A stretch of 64,000 nucleotides of DNA, from positions 20,865,279 to 20,929,278 of the forward strand of contig NC_068996.1 in the NCBI RefSeq assembly GCF_001194135.2. Direction: 5' to 3'. Source of the DNA: Octopus bimaculoides (lineage: Eukaryota). Shown here in pieces: positions 53,900-64,000 of this stretch (its first letter is position 1; each line of letters begins with the position of its first letter). The notes under the pieces are model-generated. The model had not been told where the DNA came from. It made no database searches and saw only the letters and a program-made list of their open reading frames with translations. Both the position numbers and the translations under genes were made by a program.

Positions 53900-54905
53900 T
53901 CTCCAAAGAGATTTTTTTTTTGTCTTGGAAGTACTTAGTGACCCTGTCAGTGCAGGTGCCACTTAAAAGCATCCAGTCCACACTGTAAAGTGGTTGGTGT
54001 TTGGAAGGGCATCCAGCAGTAAAAACCATGCCAAAATTGACCTCACCTGTGTTTGTGCCATGTAAAAAGCACTGGGCCCAGTCTGCTGAGTGGTTGGTGT
54101 TAGGAAGGGCATCCAATTGTAAAAATTCTTGCCAAAACAGCTACAGAAATCTGGTGCAGGCTTCTGCCTGACCGGCTCCTGTCAAACCGACTCACCCATG
54201 CCAGCATGGAAGATGGACATTAAACAATGATAATGATATATACATAATACAAATGATCGTTTAATGTGGATGGAGCTTGTAGAAGAGGAAGACCTAAGAA
54301 GGCATGGGACAAAATGGTGAAGGCTGATGTCAGGAACTTGAACATCATGGAGGTGATGAGAAAGGACTGGAACGACTGATGATATGCAACTCTCAAGAAG
54401 ACCCACTGATTTGGCAAATCTTCTAAGTTCTAGTAGTATTGTGTGTATGTGTTTGATATCATCATCATCGTTTAACGTCCACTTTCCATGCTGGCATGGG
54501 TTGGATGGTTTGACTGAGCACTGGTGGGCCAGATGGCTGCACCAGGCTCCAATTTGATCTGGCAGAGTTTCTACAGCTGGATGCCCTTCCTAACGGCAAC
54601 CACTCCGAGAGTGTAGTGGGTGTTTATGTGCCACCGGCACAAGGGCCAGTCAGGCAGTACTGGCAACGGCCATGCTCAAATAGTGTTTTTACGTGTCACC
54701 TGCACAGGAGCCAGTCCAGCGGCACTGCCAATGCCCTCGCTCGAATGTTGTTTTCCACATACCACTGGCACGAGTGCCAGTAAGGCGATGCTGGTAATGA
54801 TCACGCTCGAATGGTGCTTTTTACGTGCCACTGGCACGGGGGCCAGTCAGTGGCCCTAGCAACGATCACACTCGGATGGTGCTCTTAGCGCTCCACTAGC
54901 ACAGC
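53900..54905. repeat. Tail-to-tail RTE-3'UTR-related copies (about 53900-54240 plus, about 54460-54905 minus)
   Basis: Conserved cores in opposite orientation about 220 bp apart. The minus copy carries several internal gtgccac..ggcac repeat units. Confidence 0.8.
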
Positions 54906-56522
54906 TTAACTTCCTCTTCAAGATATTTTCAGCAAGACACCCAGCTTTGCCTTGATACCACCAATCTTTCTCATTGTCTGAAGCCATTTCATTTGATATC
55001 CATCTCTTACCCTTGTACTTTCTCTTCACCTACATTTTTCACTGATCACCACCACTAAGCCACTAAATTATCTCACCTTCACCACCACATCTCTCACTCA
55101 CCCTATACATTACACCTGCCTCTCTCCTCTCCCTGCAATCTGGTAACCTACCCAACCACTCATCATCTTTCTCTCTCATCCTTCACTTGTCAACTGCATC
55201 AATATTAGTATTCTGTTGATCCCCTACCCCCATATATCATTCTTATCCCTTATCCATTCACCGTTTGTCTACATTCATTCACTCATTATATTCACAGCCC
55301 TCAGTCATATACCATCACTTTCCCATACACTCTTGCATCATCCACCCATATATCTGGTTCTTCTATCCTCAGTTACTTCTACTCACCTCATATCTTGAGG
55401 GCCCATCAGATACCTCATCATTAATATTTTCTATCTCTTCCTTGCTCTACTCCAATCATACCCCAACCCTTCCTTCTAAAATATGAGTAACAATGTAGCT
55501 CCTCTACAGTATGAAATCTGTCCTGATCTGGTCCCTTCCTTCATGCTTTAACTCCTCATCTCCTAGCCTAAAGTCACTTCTCTTTGGGTCAGTAATCTTG
55601 CAAAGTATGTGGTAACCTCACTAGTGTTGGTAGCTTGAAAAAAAATCACTTAGTACACACTGTAAAATGGTTGGTATTAGGAAGGGCTAACCAGACAGAT
55701 AGATATATACATACACAATTTTAACATCTATATTCCTATGCCTGGGAGGAGACTATATTGACCAGCATAGATGTGACCAGTGAAAGCAATATTTTGTCAT
55801 TTCTTCCATGAAGAATAATAGCTTCAACTTCATCCTAACTCTTCTGCAACCTCCATCTTTCATGAAGCCCATTTACTTTGAGAGTACAATTCAATTTTAT
55901 ACAGGCGTGCCTCTCCATACACATAACATCTCCAAGTTAATGCAATCTTCTTTCTCTTGCCCACTATACCTAATTCCTCTTATGTTCAGTTTCTCTCACT
56001 TATTTGTGGACATCAAGTGAAGAATGCTCACTTCATTTCTCCATAACTTTCACAAAACCACTGCACCCAAGGCCTACCATGCAGCATTGCATTTTGTATT
56101 CAACCATCATACAATCAGCTCTTCACTGCTCTGAGGGATTGGTAAAAAGAGCATCTGGCTCTAGAAAACTTGCTTCAACATATCTTATCTGACCCTCAGA
56201 CCCATGCAAGTATGGAAAAGAAAACAAAGAATAATGAAGATGAGGTGTGTATGATGATCACACACACACACACGTGTATATAATTATGCATATAAATATG
56301 AAGGCAACTAACCTAGAGGTTAGAATGTAGTACTTAGGATCTTGTGATCATGATTTCAATTCCTAAACCAGGTTGTGCACTGCATTCTTGAGCAAAACAC
56401 TTCATTTCATGCTGCTCTACAATCACTCCAACATGTGACACACCACACATCATCATATAGCATGTCTTTCATAGTGGAATGTGTTGAACAGCACAACAGG
56501 GTCTGCCAGATTGGAGAACTGT

Positions 56523-56563
<41 letters not shown>

Positions 56564-58050
56564 ATATATACATTGTTCATTGTTTAACATACAGTTTTTC
56601 ATGTATAGAGAAGAGGCTATTTTTCAAACAAAATGTCAAAGACAAGAAAATCCAGTTATGTTATAACATGTGTTGACACCAACATGTTATAAAATATGTT
56701 GAGATGCAAAAAGATACATTACATAAGGGCATCTGTCTATAAAACAAAATCTTAATAGTATGTTTATGCCTAACCCATGCTAGCATGGAAAGTGGATGTA
56801 AAAGGAAACAAATGATGAGGATTTCAGCTATTGGCACTTATTATTGTTGTTGTTGCTATTGATATCACTGTGATATCACAGACAGTTTTAACATTGAAAT
56901 TGGTAAAGTAGACATATTATTGACAGAGAAATACATAAAGTAATCAAGATATACAGAGAATATGACAAAGAGAATGTATATCTCAATTACATAAAGTAAC
57001 AGAATGTGAATTTGTCATGAGCAACATGAATGCAACTGTGATCTCTGTATATGACACCTCAATCAGAACTGATAAATGAGAAAAAGATTGTCTCATTGAG
57101 ATTCTCATTTAATGGACTACTCATAATAAGAATGGCAGCAACTTTGTTACCAGAGTTGTTGATGTTAATGCATATTGTGGATAACACTATGATGGCTAGG
57201 TGAGTGATATGACAGGGAAGAGGAGGATATAGAAACATAAAATATAAGGAACAACTGAGTTTCTGCAAAGCAAGCTGACATGAAATTCAAATGAAATTTG
57301 AGGATATAGCAAGTCCCAGTCAGATGAAAGGTAACATTGTGAGAGCCATATAAGCTAAGAAACAAATCTTGAAAAATGGAAAGAAGAGGAAAGCAAGGAA
57401 CAATATGAAAGAGCTAGAAAAAAACCCTACATACTAGGTATATATAGCAAAACTGTAACTGATAATAAGAAGTTAGTACAAGTAAGGCAATGAGATGATT
57501 AGATGTATAGGGTGTTCTAGAAAGCAAAAGAAATGGATCAGTATAAATCAGGACAACATTGATAAAGCATCATTGAATGTGGGAAATATATGGGAGAAAG
57601 ATGGACTTCCTTAAGTAAATTCAATAGAAGGACTATCTGTAAAGCAGGAAACTATACAGTCAATAGTTGCCAATAAGGATATGAAGGCAAGGAAAGCAAC
57701 TGGATTATCATGGATGCTTGCTGAGACACTCAAAATATCAAGTGAAATAGGACATAGACTAGTTATATGTATGGTTGCCAATGAGATAGCACAAGGAAAG
57801 GATCCCTGTTTACAATGATTACAACTGCAAGAGAGGTGAGAGATGCACAAGAAAGAAATAACAAACTAATGGAGAGAAGACCTTGACTGATCAAAACTGA
57901 CTATTCATCTACACATGTATGTGTAAGGGTTAGGATAAGATATTTCGAGAAAAAGTGGTAGTTACCCATTCAAGCAAATCTTTGTTCACACCACTGACAT
58001 TATCCAACGGACTTGGCCTGATACAACTTGACACTATTGTTATTGCAGGT

Positions 58051-58426
58051 TGCTTGTTTGTTGGCACTCCATCGCTTACGACGTCGAGGGTTCCAGTTGA
58101 TCCGATCAACGGAACAGCCTGCTCGTGAAATTAACGTGCAAGTGGCTGAGTACTCCACAGACACGTGTACCCTTAACGTAGCTCTCGGGGATATTCAGCG
58201 TGACACAGTGTGACAAGGCTGACCCTTTGAATTACAGGCACAACAGAAACAGGAAGTAAGAGTGAGAGAAAGTTGTGGTGAAAGAGTACAGCAGGGTTCG
58301 CCACCTCCTCCTGCTGGAGCCTTGTGGAGCTTTAGGTGTTTTTGCTCAACAAACCCTCACAACGCCCGGTCTGGGAATCAAAACCGTGATCCTATGACTG
58401 CGAGACCACTGGGCCATTGCGCCTCC
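58051..58426 (-). mobile_element. SINE family C, inverted copy
   Basis: Collinear reverse complement of 52274-52661 with a short deletion in the head. 10-bp TSD TATTGCAGGT at 58041-58050 and 58427-58436. Confidence 0.9.
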
Positions 58427-58915
58427 TATTGCAGGTAATGCTGTCAAAATTCAAAGAACCAGAATAGATACCTACCACAAGACATCTTTCCTAATATTCT
58501 AACAGTTCCACCAATCTACCATTTTGGAATGGTATCTTTTATCAACTATGAAAAGATGGAAGGCAAATTAACCTCAGTGAGGTTTGAACTTAGGCTTCAG
58601 AATGTCAGGTACACTGAAATAGTTAGTAGTAGGTGCATTTATGAAATCCTCTTACATATGTAGAGGGTTGTGCGTTTGAGAAGTTCATTTCTCAATCACA
58701 GAATTTCAGGTTCAGTCCCACTACAGCACCTTGGACAATTGTCTTCTACTATAGCCCCAGGTAAACTAATGTCATGTGAAGGAATTTGGAAGATGGAATC
58801 TGAAAGAAATCCATTAGTTGCCATCTATCTATCTATTTATAAGTATCGGTGTGTGTAAATATGTATGTAAATATCATCATTTAATGTATGGCTCCCGTTC
58901 TGGCATGTGTTGGGT

Positions 58916-59178
58916 CAGGGGTTTTGACTTGCGGACCCCTTTATATTTCAGGCTTTACCTTAGGGACCCCCTTATAAACGCTTACAAAATTTATACATAA
59001 ATATTTGCTTAAAATAACATATATTTTTACATTTATTTATTTAACAGTATTTAACAAATAGGTTTATTGTCAATTAAAAGATTTCGATTAAAAAACATAT
59101 ATAGAATCAAATTGCCCATAAAAAGTATTTGCTGTCCACGGACCCCCTGTGGTCTGCGGACCAGTTTGAAAACCCCTG
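58916..59178. mobile_element. hAT (Charlie-like) MITE
   Basis: Termini CAGGGGTTTT / AAAACCCCTG and a perfect 8-bp TSD TGTTGGGT (58908-58915, 59179-59186). Sits inside an old RTE-UTR copy. Confidence 0.92.
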
Positions 59179-59953
59179 TGTTGGGTGGTTCAACAGGATC
59201 TGATGAGCTGGACAGTTCTATCAAGCATCAATGTCTACTTTGGTATGGTTTTTTACAGCTGTATACCCTTTCAAATGCCAACCATTTTACATGTACTAGT
59301 GGAGATCATCATGTATCTTGCAATGCCAAAATGTTGAAGGAGAAGAAAGAGTGAGCAATAATTTTAGATAAAGGGTTGAGAGAGGGTGAAGTAAGAGGAA
59401 CAAATTTATAGTTTTGAGAGGAGAGTCAGACAAGTGGAAAAGCATGCAGCAATGAAGGTTAGAACTAACGCAGCAAAGTGTTTCATCATGTGCCCAGTAT
59501 GCAGCAGCTACTGTGCAGACTTTGGACTCAGATCCCACAAGAGGGTACAAAAATGAACAAAATCCTAGGTTGGACTGTATCAATTGTGATAGTCAACCAA
59601 CAGCAAGGAGATAATGGAGAAAGTAAAAGACTAGTGGAGAAGATTAGTTACTAATTGCAGGGTGAATATCGCAAGGAACAAGGGACAGGGAAGGGATTAG
59701 TGGTAGAAGTTATTGTAAAAAGATGGTGATAGAGTGGAGAGGTCATAGGATGGGTCAAGTAGAGGAATCTAGGGTGATCTTACTTTATAAAGATGAATAT
59801 GGACAAGTATAAAGGAAAGGGGGCAGAAAGCAATAGGCTAGGGTGGGCAGGAATCCTCAGTGAGTCACTGAAGGAAGGTGTGGAGGGTGGGGATAGACCT
59901 GAGGGAGAAATGAGAAGAGGTGCTAAGGAGGTGAAGAAGCTGTGGGGAAAGAG

Positions 59954-60130
59954 TAGTGGGAGAAAAAGAAGCAGAGGGTGAATGGGGAGAGGCTAGTGGG
60001 AGAAAAAGAAGAAGAGGGTGAGTGGGGAGAGGCTAGTGGGAGAAAAAGAAGCAGAGGCTGAGTGGGGAGAGGCTAGTGGGAGAAAAAGAAGCAGAGGGTG
60101 AGTGCAGTGAGTATAGTGGGGGAAAAAGAA
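59954..60130. repeat. 40-bp purine-rich minisatellite, about 4.4 units
   Basis: Unit TAGTGGGAGAAAAAGAAGCAGAGGGTGAGTGGGGAGAGGC starting at 59954, 59994, 60034, 60074, 60114. Confidence 0.95.
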
Positions 60131-60421
60131 AAGGAAAGGAAACATCTGCATATGAATGCCATGAAAGCATCTCAGATGGAGAGGCAGTGGAAGGATCGTA
60201 AATGGGAAGGCTGCAAAGAGAAAGTGGTAAGAGAAAAGGGAAACAGTGGGAATCCTAGAGGTATAAGAGCAGGTAGTAAGATGAAGGTAAGAAGAGGTAA
60301 GAAATAAAGGAGGTATTCTGGGAGAAATACTGGTTGTATGTGTGCACTGTGATAAGATGGGAGGGGTGGTATGGTGAGTTTGGTGGAAAGTAAATACATA
60401 TCATCAACATTTATAAATATA

Positions 60422-60456
<35 letters not shown>

Positions 60457-60664
60457 NNNNNNNNNNNNNNNNNNNNNNNNNNNNNNNNNNNNNNNNNNNN
60501 NNNNNNNNNNNNNNNNNNNNNNNNNNNNNNNNNNNNNNNNNNNNNNNNNNNNNNNNNNNNNNNNNNNNNNNNNNNNNNNNNNNNNNNNNNNNNNNNNNNN
60601 NNNNNNNNNNNNNNNNNNNNNNNNNNNNNNNNNNNNNNNNNNNNNNNNNNNNNNNNNNNNNNNN

Positions 60665-60855
60665 GAGTTTCTACAGCTGGATGCCCTTCCTAACGCCAAC
60701 CACTCCAAAAGTGTAGTGGGTGCTTTCACGTGCCACCAGCATGAAGGCCAGTCAGGCAGTACTGGCAACGGCCACGCTCAAAATGGTGTATTTTATGTGG
60801 CACGTGAAAGCACCCACTACACTTTTGGAGTGGTTGGCGTTAGGAAGGGCATCCA
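60665..60855. repeat. RTE-3'UTR copy folded back on itself
   Basis: Perfect 59-bp inverted repeat 60678-60736 / 60797-60855. Confidence 0.9.
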
Positions 60856-61104
60856 TGTATTCCTCTTGGAATAGTAGTAACAAAGAATGGCAAAGAAGAA
60901 AACGAGGAAAAAAAATTGAAGGCCATTTGAACATTTTCAAAGAAGAAACACTTGGTCATGTTTTTGTTGTCACACCAATGGCAGGAGAACTGTATTATTT
61001 AAGAATTTTATCGCATGGATAGTATTTTTTCCTTTGCGTTGTGCATCAACAATTTCAGCTTGGAGTGGTTGTGACCCAACGGGTCACTGGTACATCTAAT
61101 ATAT

Positions 61105-62092
61105 ATCATCATCATCGTTTAACGTCCGCTTTCCATGCTAGCATGGGTTGGACGATTTGACTGAGGACTGGTGAACCAGGTGGTTACACCAGGCTCCAAT
61201 CTGATTTGGCAGAGTTTCTACAGCTGGATGCCCTTCCTAACGCCAACCACTCCGAGAGTGTAGTGGGTGCTTTTACATGCCACCGGCACGAAGGCCAGTC
61301 AGGCGGTACTGGCAACGGCCAAGGTCAAAGTGGTATCTTTTACGTGCCACCTGCATGGGAGCCAGTCCAGTGGCACTGGCAACGATCTCGCTTGAATGTC
61401 CNNNNNNNNNNNNNNNNNNNNNCAACAGGTCTTCGCAAGCCGAGTTTCTGTGTCCAATGAAGGAGACGACGTTGGCATGGGTGCCATCCGTCGAAATCAG
61501 TTCGATTTCACTTGCCTCAACAGGTCTTCGCAAGTGGAGTTTAGTGTCCAACGTAGGAAGGTAGGCATCCTGGCTGAGGCTTTGGATTTAGGTTGCACTT
61601 TGCCTGCCGGGTCTTCTCACACACAGCATATTTCCAAAGATCTCATTCAGAAGTCATTGCCTCGGTGAGGCCCAATGTTCGAAGGTCGTGCCTCACCACC
61701 TCATCCCAGGTCTTCCTGGGCCTGCCTCTTCCACAGGTTTCCTCAACCGCTAGGGTGTGGCACTTTTTCACACAGCTATCCTCATCCATTCTCGCCACAT
61801 GACCATACCAGCGCAAACGTCTCTCTTGCACACCACAGCTGATGCTTCTTAGGTTCAACTTTTCTCTCAAGGTACTTACACTCTGTCTAGTATGCACACT
61901 GACATTACACATCCATCAGAGCATACTGGCTTCATTCCTTGTGAGCCTACGTATGTCCTCAGCAGTTACAGCCCATGTTTCACTGCCATGTAGCATGGCT
62001 GTTCATACACGTGCGTCATACAGTCTGCCTTTTACTCTGAGTGAGAGGCCCTTTGTCACCAGCAGAGGTAAGAGCTCTCTGAACTTTGCCCA
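61105..62092 (-). mobile_element. 5'-truncated RTE-clade LINE: ORF2 C-terminus plus long 3'UTR and (GAT)n tail; parent family of the abundant UTR repeats
   Basis: WAKFRELLPLLVTKGLSLRVKGRLYDA...MLHGSETW...RRLRWYGHVARMDEDSCVKKC...GRGRPRKTWDEVV, contiguous with the UTR seen in about 20 other copies. Internal stop and frameshift. Confidence 0.92.
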
Positions 62093-62183
62093 TATATATA
62101 TATATATAAATATATATATAATGGAAATGTACTTGTATGGCAAGTGACTTGATCTGAGATCATGTGCTGAAACAAAAACCATT

Positions 62184-62363
62184 TCAGCATGGAAGATGTT
62201 TATAAGCCATTTAAGAACACACAAAAAACTGTTAGATTCACTTCAACATTTTGTGGTTTCAAAGCACCGAAAATATTTTAACACAGATAAAATTTAAATG
62301 TTGAAGTGAATCTATTGGTTTTTTGTGTGTTCTTAAATGGTTTATAAACATCTTCCATGCTGA
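62184..62363. repeat. 68-bp inverted repeat with 44-bp loop, probably a Penelope-type inverted terminal fragment
   Basis: Arms 62184-62251 and 62296-62363, 64/68 complementary. The family assignment is inference only. Confidence 0.7.
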
Positions 62364-63727
62364 CCGTAGGCTTGAAACATAAAAGACTTTCTCACATTCC
62401 CGCACATCAAATTAATACACCTGCTTGTTGTTTATACACCTCTCTTCGTCTTTTGTTTTTCTGTAAATTTCAACTATATATATACACAGGTGCATTTTGA
62501 TGTGAGCAGGTGTCTTCTGTAGCACTGCACAGTCAATCTGTACAGTCCTTTGTCACTTTGTGAGCTGTATCCCCTCCAGATCAGCTTCCACCACATTACT
62601 CCTAGACTTCCTCTTCCACAAGCTCCATCAACTTCGAGTGTTCAACACCTTCTTATGCAGCAGTCTTTCTCCATATACATTACATGCCTCTACCACTACA
62701 ACCTTTTTACTTACCAACTATACCTGATTCTTCTTATACCCAATTTTTCTTTTAGCACATTTGTACTTTGCTATTCATGTCAACTAAAGCATTCTAGCTT
62801 CATCTTTTTCCAGTCTTCACAATTTTTTTTTACATTCAAGGTCCATGTTTTACTACCATGCAATTTTGTATTTCTTTGTATTTCTACCACAGGTATCATA
62901 CGATTTACCCTTCACTTTGAGGAAGAATACCTTTATTACTAGCACCTATAATTTTCTCTATCTTGTTCTTTTTCTACTATATTTTCAGAGCAACTACCTT
63001 CCCTAAAATTAGTCTCCTAGGTAACAGAAGCTTCACATATACAGGCAGACAGACAGAGGTAGATAGATAGATAGATAGATAGATAGCAGTTAGACAGGTT
63101 AGAAAGACAGACAAGTACGCAGAGGATTAGATGGACAAAAGAGGGAGATACGTAGCAATTTAGTTAAACAACAAATATTCAAGTGTTTCTTTACCCTTTA
63201 ATTATATGCAGAGACTTCCGCTTCTTTATTAAAATATTTTCCTCGAGATTCTTTTAAAAATTGTCACTGTGTGTTCTATTGTTTTACTTGAAAATTAGCG
63301 GAAAATACTGAATGAAATATGTTAATTTAATAGACACTATGTGCAATTATTACTGCTATAACAATAACAAGTGCGAATTAAATATCAAATGTTGTCATAA
63401 CTTGTTACATCGGCTGATTGTTTTGTAAATGTTAGCAATATAGAAACAGATATTTAATACATCGGCGCAATAGGGAATGGAAAGAAAAGACTGATTAGGT
63501 CGGCTTTGAACTTTTATGAGTAGGAGCAAAATAAAATTGGTGTTAAGATACTTTAGGTCATCGAATTTGTCAATTTCACATCGTAATTGTAGGTAACTCT
63601 TAAAGCAAAAAGAAAATTAATTACAATGATTATTCTGAGAAACTCCAAAAAGAAAATTTTATAAATATAAATCTGGGCGTGTATCTGTAATATGTACTAT
63701 AAAATCGTTATCGCTAATAATACTTAC

Positions 63728-63779
63728 AGTCTTCTGGGTTAAAGCCCGGTTTAGACAAAATTCTTTTAAGGTCGCCCAT
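63728..63779 (-). CDS. EXOC8: Exocyst complex component 8 (Exo84), coding exon 1: MGDLKRILSKPGFNPED + T (phase 1)
   Basis: ATG at 63779 in aaaATGG context and a GTAAGT donor after 63728. The phase-1 T joins AT of the next exon to give Y. The peptide aligns by eye with the EXOC8 N-terminus (human LESGGFEARLY). Too short for the ORF track. Confidence 0.85.
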
Positions 63780-63965
63780 TTTGTTCAGTGGAAGTAAATA
63801 AGCTACCAAGAGCAGCTAACTCAGTATTCGATTTTTAAAAAAAAATCAATTTATTTGGTTAAAGTTAAAAATAGAGTTTATCTCTCAAAGATTGTATGGA
63901 AATTAGAAACTATTTCAGCTACTTAATTTTTGCTTAACTAAATCGAACGGAAACAAGGCTTTTGA

Positions 63966-64000
<35 letters not shown>
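63780..64000 (-). promoter_or_regulatory. Probable 5'UTR / proximal promoter of EXOC8
   Basis: Lies immediately upstream of the start codon. CpG dinucleotides look more frequent from about 63150 than in the rest of the introns. No TSS can be placed. Confidence 0.4.

Noticed and set aside
55000-57600. Strongly purine/pyrimidine-skewed stretches (also about 17.2, 19.6, 45.5, 46.3, 53.3, 59.4 kb)
   Set aside because: Consistent with very old LINE remnants and decayed simple repeats; too degenerate to assign or to claim as novel.
62358-62382. Penelope-type hammerhead core (ctgaccgtaggcttgaaac)
   Set aside because: Lacks the GA of CUGANGA; at most a decayed remnant.

Overview
AT-rich eukaryotic draft-assembly DNA with 10 N-gaps and dense microsatellites. 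The repeat families suggest an octopus/coleoid cephalopod genome (inference from pattern recognition, not a search). One host gene spans nearly the whole window on the minus strand: the first five coding exons of exocyst subunit EXOC8/Exo84 (63728-63779, 39225-39377, 35943-36038, 19036-19136, 2274-2416). All junctions are GT-AG with consistent phases, giving 181 codons plus 2 nt: MGDLKRILSKPGFNPEDYVSNISSEDGEDKLLETKQNVQILADETAQALKKNVYKNYSQFIETAKEISVLEGEMYQLSHMLTEQKSLMSTMMEMSLISDKAIVDEAKEEKEQENPEEDSRRNLAFLLEKVEGCSSVTEVPGRQLIHNGELTELDPETFSSNHAVHAFLLNDSLMIASLLPHR. The gene continues left of the window. The introns (3-24 kb) are filled with decayed transposable elements: RTE LINEs and about 20 copies of one RTE 3'UTR, a second RTE family, R4/Dong-like, Tx1-like and Penelope fragments, mariner/Tc1/maT relics, hAT and piggyBac-like MITEs, and several tRNA-derived SINE families. 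None of the other ORFs in the supplied track looks like a host gene. The most unusual signals are structural: (i) a 100-bp piece of a Tc1 transposase flipped between two inverted RTE-UTR arms whose inner 102 bp are identical; (ii) repeated snap-back (fold-back) duplications on unrelated retroelements; (iii) a duplicated, covarying stem-loop in the RTE 3'UTR; (iv) inverted repeats bracketing two frame-symmetric EXOC8 exons. These are candidates, not a demonstrated new system.
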